Shown here one piece after another: positions 38,992-46,570 of a DNA stretch of 64,000 nucleotides (positions are counted from its first letter, which is position 1; the number at the start of each line of letters is the position of its first letter). Source of the stretch: a virus. The stretch spans positions 53,938 to 117,937 of IMG/VR virus record IMGVR_UViG_3300021960_000027. One strand, given 5' to 3'. The notes beneath the pieces were generated by a model. It saw nothing but the letters and a program-made list of their open reading frames with translations, was not told where the DNA came from and did no database searches. The translations under genes and the position numbers were made by a program.

Positions 38992-39529
38992 CCATGTAAC
39001 AAGAGAAGAGTTTGATTCTCTTTTGGAGTACGTTCGTGAACTTGGGGTTAAACCCCCGATGATGAACAGCCAAGAATTAACCGAGTTAGACGAAGTCAGG
39101 TCTGCTCTGGAAAGTTATCGGTCTTCTATTGAGGGCATCGTTTCCGACTGGAAAGCCATGCTCATCAGACCAATGCCCATCGATGCATACGCAATTACAC
39201 TTGCACTTGCCTTGGCTCAGGTAGCCAATGAAATTCATTTTCAAGATAAGGCTTCGGGATGTACTGGCTGTGAGAAGAAACTTATGCCAAGCACCGTAGA
39301 CATTGTGCGAAAGACTTACACGGCAACGTCAGGTCAAAGTGAGGCGATTAGGGGATTCATTCAGTGGGCTTCACAGCATCTTTCGGTTGCATTTGAAAAC
39401 GACGACCCAGAGGCGAAGGTAATTGTTTCAAACCTCGCCGCGGCAGAGATGATTGATGTCATCGATTCTGCGTGGAGTCAGAAGTTAGTGCAGACACCAA
39501 GTCAGATTAGTGATACGTTAGAGAGTTAG
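38978..39529 (+). CDS. hypothetical protein
   Basis: 183 aa, CxxC. Confidence 0.7.
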   Translation: MSLSDHVTREEFDSLLEYVRELGVKPPMMNSQELTELDEVRSALESYRSSIEGIVSDWKAMLIRPMPIDAYAITLALALAQVANEIHFQDKASGCTGCEKKLMPSTVDIVRKTYTATSGQSEAIRGFIQWASQHLSVAFENDDPEAKVIVSNLAAAEMIDVIDSAWSQKLVQTPSQISDTLES

Positions 39530-39558
39530 TCCCGAAGTCAAATTAGGAGGCATATCAA

Positions 39559-39822
39559 ATGGCAGTCACCAAGGAAGACTCAGCGAGTGTTTTCATGGAA
39601 ATACTCAAGTCGTCTAGCACGAAGAAAGAGGTTTGCTCTTTTCAGGCTCTCATTGACGGGATGGATGAAAAACTCCAGTCTGTTGTGGTTTCCGCTCTTG
39701 GCAATCAGGAATTTACGACTGCCTCTATCTATCGAACTCTTCAAGCGATGGGCTTCAAGATCGGTCGTGAATCTATCTCTCATCACCGAAATCTTGACTG
39801 TCGTTGTCGGGAGGAAAAATAA
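39559..39822 (+). CDS. hypothetical protein (possible Zn/HTH)
   Basis: AGGAGG SD; C...HHR..CRC end. Confidence 0.75.
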   Translation: MAVTKEDSASVFMEILKSSSTKKEVCSFQALIDGMDEKLQSVVVSALGNQEFTTASIYRTLQAMGFKIGRESISHHRNLDCRCREEK

Positions 39823-40853
39823 TGCCTAAGCAAGATTCCTCGTTTGGTGAACTTGATCCATTCCAGTTATTCACTGAAAACGAGCAGTTAAGGAATGCTC
39901 TTCAGCGACAGCAAAGGGCTACCGCTACAGCGAAGAGAAAGACTGAAGACTTGGTCGCCGCGGTTTATCAAGCCGCGAGCGACGCGGCCATTTCGTTCGG
40001 CAAGCCATCCAAGGTTTCTAGGCCACCTTCAGACAAGCGCAAGGGTGGGGAAGAGGTTGCACTGATTCATGCGACCGACTGGCAGTTGGGTAAGAAAACG
40101 GGTTCTTACGACATCGAAACTTGCGAAAAGCGCATCATGCAGTTCGCAGGGAAAATCGAAAAGTTGACCAACATTCAGCGGGCAGATCATCCAGTCAAAA
40201 AATGTCATGTGATGTTCGGTGGAGACATGGTAGAGGGAACAAGTATCTTCCCCGGTCAGGCTTGGGAAGTTGAGGCACATTTGTTTGAGCAGTTGTTTGC
40301 TACTGCACGACTGATGGAGTCTTTTGTCAATCACATGCTTTCCATTTTTGATGAGGTCAGTGTTACCTGTGAGTATGGCAATCACGGTCGTTTGGGGCGC
40401 AAGGGTGAGAATCCTGCTGGAGACAATATTGACCGCATGGCGTATTCCATTGCTGGAGACAAGTTTGCCGACAATAAGCGGGTGTCATGGAAGACCAGTG
40501 GCGACTGGTATCAAACAGTAGAGATTGGTAAGTACCGCGCCCTGCTGGTACACGGTGACGAGATTAAGTCATTCGGTGGAAACACCCCAGCGTTTGGCAT
40601 TTTGAGAAAGTGCAATCAGTGGGCGAGCGGAGTTGTTGAATCGTTCCAAGACGTTTACATGGGTCACTTCCACACTCCGATGACACTGACAATGGCAAAC
40701 GGTGGTCAGATTTATGTGTCTGGCTCTCCAGAATCTGAGAACGCTTATGCCGCGGAATTTGTCGCGGCAACGGGACAGCCATCACAACGTCTTCACTTCG
40801 TCAGCCCCGATGCAGGCAAAGTGACTGCGTCTTACCTTGTCTGGCTGGACTAA
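39822..40853 (+). CDS. calcineurin-like metallophosphoesterase
   Basis: TDWQLGK, GGDMVEG, GNHG, HGD and MGHFH motifs; ATG 39822 (TAATG). Confidence 0.85.
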   Translation: MPKQDSSFGELDPFQLFTENEQLRNALQRQQRATATAKRKTEDLVAAVYQAASDAAISFGKPSKVSRPPSDKRKGGEEVALIHATDWQLGKKTGSYDIETCEKRIMQFAGKIEKLTNIQRADHPVKKCHVMFGGDMVEGTSIFPGQAWEVEAHLFEQLFATARLMESFVNHMLSIFDEVSVTCEYGNHGRLGRKGENPAGDNIDRMAYSIAGDKFADNKRVSWKTSGDWYQTVEIGKYRALLVHGDEIKSFGGNTPAFGILRKCNQWASGVVESFQDVYMGHFHTPMTLTMANGGQIYVSGSPESENAYAAEFVAATGQPSQRLHFVSPDAGKVTASYLVWLD

Positions 40854-41263
40854 TGATACCCGTCGTTGTTGTCTGGAAAGATGCCCATTCTGGTTCTAAC
40901 TCTTGGCTTCAGGTCGACGGCTACGAGGATGATGGTGACTGTCAGATTCTTTCTATGGGATTTTTTTGTGAAAATCTAAAAAATGGTCACGTTGCGCTGG
41001 CACAATCGGTAGACCCCGATAATAATGTCGATTCCCTACTCTTCATTCCTGAAGAGATGGTGCAGGGGATTGTCGTATTGAACGGGAAAGGGTTTCCAGA
41101 GCGTGATGAAGATGGATCGATTGACACTACAGGACTTGGCTCAAATAAAGTTTTTTCTTCAGAGGGTTGTGCCTCGCGGGGAGGACGAGCAGAAGCAGTT
41201 GGTTCGGTTGATCTCTCTGACGGAAGCGTCGTTTTTGACGAAAACCAATTAACGCTTTTTTGA
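40853..41263 (+). CDS. hypothetical protein
   Basis: VVVWKDA...S.G...LAQS...IP small phage family. Confidence 0.7.
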   Translation: MIPVVVVWKDAHSGSNSWLQVDGYEDDGDCQILSMGFFCENLKNGHVALAQSVDPDNNVDSLLFIPEEMVQGIVVLNGKGFPERDEDGSIDTTGLGSNKVFSSEGCASRGGRAEAVGSVDLSDGSVVFDENQLTLF

Positions 41264-41288
41264 CCAACCGGAGTGGTATTGTTGGGGC

Positions 41289-41765
41289 ATGGAAGTTTGC
41301 GGTGAGCCACACCCAGCAATGCCCGAAACATTTTGCCAAACTCCACTAGGTGTTTCACACGCTGACCACATCTGCGGTTCGGTGGTATGGGACAATGAAG
41401 ATTTTTCTATGCCTTTGCCAGTGGCTGGAGCAAAGAAGTCTTCTTCTCGCTCTGACCTTTTGCGACTTGCTCGCCAAGCATCGTCTTTTGAGGGGCGAGT
41501 TCCAATTAGCGATGTCGACCCAAAGGTGATTGATCGGGTTGAATCGATTGTGATGAAGATTGCTTCCCGTGGAGAACCATTCACTACCGATTTGGTTTGG
41601 TATGAACTTGGAGAGGACGATGGGTTTTCTGACCGCCGTCATCTTGGTTCAATCATGTTGAGGCTGGCGAAGAGGAATCTCATTAAGAAAACCGGCTACG
41701 CGGTTCAATCCGAGCGCAGAAGTGGTGCCCCAGTCAACCAGTGGGTGATTGTGGGGAGTGATTGA
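41289..41765 (+). CDS. hypothetical protein, possible winged helix
   Basis: FTTDLVW...LGSIMLRLAKRNLIKKTG. Confidence 0.6.
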   Translation: MEVCGEPHPAMPETFCQTPLGVSHADHICGSVVWDNEDFSMPLPVAGAKKSSSRSDLLRLARQASSFEGRVPISDVDPKVIDRVESIVMKIASRGEPFTTDLVWYELGEDDGFSDRRHLGSIMLRLAKRNLIKKTGYAVQSERRSGAPVNQWVIVGSD

Positions 41766-41849
41766 TTTGGAGCCGACAGTCGTTTTCTTCTATGATAATT
41801 TCAGTTTCGATTTGACCTATTCCATTGGGGGATCAAATGGCAGTTAAAG

Positions 41850-42620
41850 TTGCAGTTGCTAAGTCAGAGGACATCGATGAAAGACTTCCAGAAGGAGAGT
41901 TTCTTGTTGAGGTTCTTCCGAACGGTGAAGTACATCTTGCGTTTCGCGGGGATCGCTATGAGCGTTGGGGCATGGGCACTTGGGAGCCGACAAAGAGTGG
42001 ATGAGCAAGTTGAAGAACTGTCAATCCCAATCGGTGGTTATTTGTGGTATTGCCTAGAACACAAATCTTTTGGTTGGTCAATGACAGAATCTGAATGTTA
42101 CGACACATCTGAGTTTCACGAAAATGGGTTCATCCCACAGTCTTCATACATGCTTGCATCTGACATTTTTGCGGAGTTGGTTAACTCAGACGCGTACGAC
42201 CGTGACGCTGACGGTGAATTGGTGAATCCTGACGCGGTTGACAGAATTGGGCTTCCTGAAAGCAGTTATATTTTTGATTTGATTGTTGACGCACGGTCAA
42301 TCCCTGATTTTGAAAAGTTGCCAGAGGCGTTCTGGGACATTGATATGCAGGACGACGGGAGCATCGGACTGGTAAAGACCCTTGCATTGGTTACTCGCCT
42401 GAAGATGACTACTTGTTCTATTGTCATTGTTGATGTAGCAGAGGCGATGGAAAATGTTCTTCAGAGAGGCCACGAAGTCGTAGAGATATGCAAGGAAATG
42501 AACGTTCCAATTTTGATTGCGTCTCAACTTCTTGCAGATAGGACTAATGGTTATGATGGTGATTGGCGAAGCCAGTTGCTGGTTGAAGAGGTAGAGGATT
42601 TTCTTAGGGGGGATACCTAA
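41850..42620 (+). CDS. hypothetical protein
   Basis: 256 aa acidic; start uncertain. Confidence 0.65.
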   Translation: MQLLSQRTSMKDFQKESFLLRFFRTVKYILRFAGIAMSVGAWALGSRQRVDEQVEELSIPIGGYLWYCLEHKSFGWSMTESECYDTSEFHENGFIPQSSYMLASDIFAELVNSDAYDRDADGELVNPDAVDRIGLPESSYIFDLIVDARSIPDFEKLPEAFWDIDMQDDGSIGLVKTLALVTRLKMTTCSIVIVDVAEAMENVLQRGHEVVEICKEMNVPILIASQLLADRTNGYDGDWRSQLLVEEVEDFLRGDT

Positions 42621-42976
42621 TGATGTTTCTTTTTTGGGTCGCTGTGTTTCTTTTTTGCGTTTGGCCTCGGCGCAAGAAAGTTGCCCCCAACTCTGGTCGT
42701 ACCGTTCTTGTCGCAAAAGATCACCCCAGTGTGTCTGCCCAAATGTTCTTGCTGTGTCATGTGTCTGGCATTGATTCGGACGGCATGGAAGTTGTTGAGG
42801 TAGGCAACGCTTCAATCAGTGAAAATACTGTGCGTTGCAGTTTTGTTGATTTACCAGAAGCGTTGTGGAAAGAAGTAAGCGTCCGTGTGGGTGGGCAAGA
42901 TTTTTCTATGAATCTTCCAGACTGCCCTGCAAGCGATGAATTTGGAAACATGAAGTTAGAACTTCAGTTGGTTTGA
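42620..42976 (+). CDS. hypothetical membrane-anchored protein
   Basis: N-terminal hydrophobic stretch followed by RRKK. Confidence 0.65.
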   Translation: MMFLFWVAVFLFCVWPRRKKVAPNSGRTVLVAKDHPSVSAQMFLLCHVSGIDSDGMEVVEVGNASISENTVRCSFVDLPEALWKEVSVRVGGQDFSMNLPDCPASDEFGNMKLELQLV

Positions 42977-43287
42977 CGGTGGCCGAAGAACAAGCGTCTG
43001 ATTATTTTGATTTTCCAAGCACCCACCTAAAGGGTGAAGTTATTGCCTACGAAATTGATTGGGGCAAAAGAGAAAGACCTTGGGTATACAAGGCTTCCTG
43101 CATCGGAAAGACTGAAATATTCTTTTCTTCAGACCCAAGGGTGCGAAAAAGGGCTATCGCTCTGTGCGATTCATGCGAAGTTCGTGCTGAGTGCGAAGAT
43201 TATGTCAAGACAATTCCTCAGGACGATGTTTGGGGCATTTGGTGTGGTAAAACCCGCGAGCAACGTAAGGCAGAGCGTCGTGGGTAG
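42973..43287 (+). CDS. whiB: second WhiB family transcription factor
   Basis: ASC...IFF...CDSCEVRAEC...GIWCG..R. Confidence 0.88.
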   Translation: MTVAEEQASDYFDFPSTHLKGEVIAYEIDWGKRERPWVYKASCIGKTEIFFSSDPRVRKRAIALCDSCEVRAECEDYVKTIPQDDVWGIWCGKTREQRKAERRG

Positions 43288-43296
43288 GGATTTTGT

Positions 43297-43370
43297 CCTG
43301 TCGTCAATGCTTTCTTGGCCTACTAAGTAGTGTCAGTCACTGTCTTGTGATTGATTTCAACGACTAAGTA
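43297..43370 (+). promoter_or_regulatory. two tandem candidate late promoters
   Basis: CCTGTC-N21-TAAGTA (43297-43329) and ACTGTC-N20-TAAGTA (43339-43370); both contain ACTAAGTAG. Confidence 0.6.
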
Positions 43371-43399
43371 GCGGAGCCTCCACGTTAAAGGGTTTTTGA

Positions 43400-44203
43400 A
43401 TGACAGAGAATCGAAAGAATTCAGCCATCCGGTCGATGGTCAATGCTAAAAATCCTCGCATTGCCTCGCTCCGGCTTGAGTTTGAGCGCAATCAAGAGAA
43501 TATGCGTCGTGTTCAGCGCGAGGAAGACGCAAAGATGAATCACCTCTTTGCCACCAAGATGACTCCTTACGTTCCTCACGCTCACCACACAGATGCAACC
43601 GACTGGATTGATGACTTGTCTACACTCGGCAAGAGTGATGGTCAGATTCATCAGTTGGCGAAGGCCGAGGCAACAGATTGGTTTAAGCGTGTTGCTTCTT
43701 TTGTGAAAGAAGAAAAGGATGAGTTCGCCGTACAGCGAGATGGTTATGCCCGCGTATGGTCAAGCCAGTTTGGATTTGAGGCAGAACTGGCTAAGTCGGC
43801 ATTCATCGATCAGGTCAATCACCTTTCTTGGGCAGAGTCACATGTAGATGAAGTTTTGGCTTCACGCAAGACATCTGCTCCGATTGGAAAGCGCAAGCAC
43901 CTATTGCTTACGCAAGACATCAAAAACAAACTTCCATCTTTGTACGCTCAAGACGGTAAGGGTGACAATGCGATTGCCTACGTCAAGTTCTTTAGCCCAA
44001 TTAGTGACTGGACTTGGTACGCAACCGAATTTGATGGAGAAGACACCTTTTTTGGTCTAGTCGTTGGGCACTTCCCAGAACTTGGATACTTCTCTCTTGG
44101 CGAATTGGAATCACTGGAAGTAAACGGCATGCCTGCCGTTGAGCGTGACATGTACTGGAGTCCAATGACTATTGGTGAAATTAAGAAGGAGCATGGGCTG
44201 TGA
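43400..44203 (+). CDS. head-region protein fused to a DUF2958-like domain
   Basis: VKFFSP...WTWYATE...FFGLV...ELGYFSLGEL...ERD after an ASRKTS linker. Confidence 0.75.
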   Translation: MTENRKNSAIRSMVNAKNPRIASLRLEFERNQENMRRVQREEDAKMNHLFATKMTPYVPHAHHTDATDWIDDLSTLGKSDGQIHQLAKAEATDWFKRVASFVKEEKDEFAVQRDGYARVWSSQFGFEAELAKSAFIDQVNHLSWAESHVDEVLASRKTSAPIGKRKHLLLTQDIKNKLPSLYAQDGKGDNAIAYVKFFSPISDWTWYATEFDGEDTFFGLVVGHFPELGYFSLGELESLEVNGMPAVERDMYWSPMTIGEIKKEHGL

Positions 44204-46554
44204 CCGATCTTTGGGACTACATTCCTGACACACCACAACCAAGGCCAACAAACATGATGAAAGAACGTCATCGTGTTATTGCAGTCGAATCAGAGCAAGA
44301 CGCAGAGGGTGGCGAATACTACGTCCATATTGGTAACGAAAGTGGCTATCCAAAAATCGGTCCGTGGGGACCGTACGCAACTGAAGAAATGGCAAATGAA
44401 GTTCGCGATCAGTTTGAGGGCAAGTGGGGCGCACCGGGTGGCTTTGTCGTCAAGAAGAGCGGAAGCATTTCTTCTTGGGTTCCTTCAATTAAGGCAACTG
44501 CTTCTGGCGAGTTCCAGTCTTGGACTCGCGAATATGATTTGTTTACCGTTTCTGTTTCTGCGGTAAACCAAAAGTCGAATGTTCACGATGGCTATCTGGT
44601 GTCTGCTCGTTGGAAGGCTAACCAACAGCACCTTGGTACTGTCGGGGCAGACGTTGGTGATGGTGAAGTTTACCATGACCTAAAAACTGCTATTTCTGCT
44701 GTCGAAGATTTGATGGCGAGTTATGGTGCAATCCCAATTTCTCCAGAAAAAGGAAAAGTTTCAATGGCACGACGTATTCGACGCATGGCAGACGAAGGTT
44801 TTGGACCGGACGCAGATAGTCAGTCTGGTCATGCAGAGTCACAACTTGATGATGTTGAGGTTGATACCGCAACGGAGACATTTGAGATGGGCTGGACTCA
44901 GGATGATCCTGAGGGCGCAGATGAACTTGCTGATGAAGACGAAGTCGGTCCGTTTGAGGCTTCTCGTAAGACAGCGTCGCCAAAGTATCCAAATATCAAT
45001 GTTGCTCTTGCCGGTGAAGACGGCAACGCTTTTGCAATCCTTGGTCGTGTTCAGACAGCCCTTCGTCGGGGCGGTGTGGACAAGGCAGAGATTGATGCTT
45101 TTATGGCTGAAGCAATGAGCGGTGACTACGATCACCTGTTGCAGACGGTCATGCAGTGGGTTGATGTTTGGGGCAGTGCTGAGGCTTCCAAGCGTCGTCA
45201 TTCTGCGCTAGAGGTTGGCGATAATGCGATGGATTGGCTACTTGAGTGCGATAGTTGTGGGCTAGATTTAACTGAAGATCATGCTCAGTTCTACGACAGC
45301 CCAGTTCGTATCATTAATGATACGAGGAACGAATACGGCTGGACGTTCCCAGAAGGTAAGCCAACCAGTTCAAATGGCTGGGAGGTAGATGCATTTTGTA
45401 GGTCTTGTTCTGAAGATTTGGGATACACCGCTTCTCGCAAGAAAGCCCGTACCGCATCTGTTCGCAAGACCGCTTCTCGTCCGTTGTACGAAATTGCAGA
45501 CGAGATTTATCGCGATTGGAAGAATGTTAACTACGGTGCAAAGCCGTACCTTGACGCAATGATGTCGCTTGACTCAATCAATGACATGTATTATGCAGAC
45601 ACCGCATACTCAGTTGTTGCATACTTCTTGTCAAACGCTTCTTCTTGGAAGGGCGAGACGGCAAAGCGTGTTAAGGCTGAGTTGAAGTCGATGATGAAGA
45701 AGACTGGTTCTCGTAAGACTGCTTTGAATTTCGATGATTTAAACGCAGACGATGTTTCTTCAGAGGATGAAGCAACTCAACTTGCAATCGAATGGCAAAA
45801 TTCTTGGGGAGGGGAAGACTTAAGTTGGGGAGAATGGTCAGACCAAGCCAGTTTCTTTGAGGAACTTGTTGATAAGTTTCCAAGCCTTCGCGAAGAGTGG
45901 GAAGAGAATGGCATTGTCGGTACTGCTTCTCGTAAAGAATCCCGTAAGACTGCTCGTCTTTACCTAACAGCCAGTGACCGTGCGTCGTTGAAGTCAGTCC
46001 CTAATGGAATTCCAGTTGTCATTGAAGATCAACCAATTAAAGGTTTCTCGTTTGTGTCAAGCGCACACAATGGAAGGCCGATTGGCTTGGTGAGCAATGC
46101 TTCTCTTCGTGTTCGTTCAGAATACGGTTACGAGGGTGATGAGGATGGCATGAAGCCTGCCGGAGCCGCGCCTCAAGTTCCAACTGAGGGCGTTGACGAA
46201 GACCCATTTGAAATCTCTGACGAAGAGTGGGTGTATGAGCGCAACAAGGCTCAGGATGATGCAATTATGCGTGGGGCAAAGCGTCGCCGCGCTTCTCGTA
46301 AGGTTGCTGAAGTCGAAGACCTCAGCGGAGAAATTGATCCACGCACTGGCAAACCGTATGAATGCTATGAGAGCGGTCGGGGTAATTGCAGTGGCAAGTT
46401 GCAATACTGCGACAAGTTAGTCCGCTGTGACAAGCATTGTGATGATTTCTATGACAGAATGGAAGACATCAATCGCCGTTACCCAGACTCAGATGTTGCC
46501 CCAGATTGGTTTGACCCAATGAATGCTGGCGAACGCTGGAACGACGATTACTGA
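44200..46554 (+). CDS. modular polyprotein with repeated ASRKTA-type linkers
   Basis: 784 aa; GEDGNAFAILG module, CxxC Zn ribbon, YGAKPYLDAM module and Cys-rich end, separated by basic linkers. Confidence 0.75.
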   Translation: MTDLWDYIPDTPQPRPTNMMKERHRVIAVESEQDAEGGEYYVHIGNESGYPKIGPWGPYATEEMANEVRDQFEGKWGAPGGFVVKKSGSISSWVPSIKATASGEFQSWTREYDLFTVSVSAVNQKSNVHDGYLVSARWKANQQHLGTVGADVGDGEVYHDLKTAISAVEDLMASYGAIPISPEKGKVSMARRIRRMADEGFGPDADSQSGHAESQLDDVEVDTATETFEMGWTQDDPEGADELADEDEVGPFEASRKTASPKYPNINVALAGEDGNAFAILGRVQTALRRGGVDKAEIDAFMAEAMSGDYDHLLQTVMQWVDVWGSAEASKRRHSALEVGDNAMDWLLECDSCGLDLTEDHAQFYDSPVRIINDTRNEYGWTFPEGKPTSSNGWEVDAFCRSCSEDLGYTASRKKARTASVRKTASRPLYEIADEIYRDWKNVNYGAKPYLDAMMSLDSINDMYYADTAYSVVAYFLSNASSWKGETAKRVKAELKSMMKKTGSRKTALNFDDLNADDVSSEDEATQLAIEWQNSWGGEDLSWGEWSDQASFFEELVDKFPSLREEWEENGIVGTASRKESRKTARLYLTASDRASLKSVPNGIPVVIEDQPIKGFSFVSSAHNGRPIGLVSNASLRVRSEYGYEGDEDGMKPAGAAPQVPTEGVDEDPFEISDEEWVYERNKAQDDAIMRGAKRRRASRKVAEVEDLSGEIDPRTGKPYECYESGRGNCSGKLQYCDKLVRCDKHCDDFYDRMEDINRRYPDSDVAPDWFDPMNAGERWNDDY

Positions 46555-46570
46555 TTCCGAGAGGAAAATA

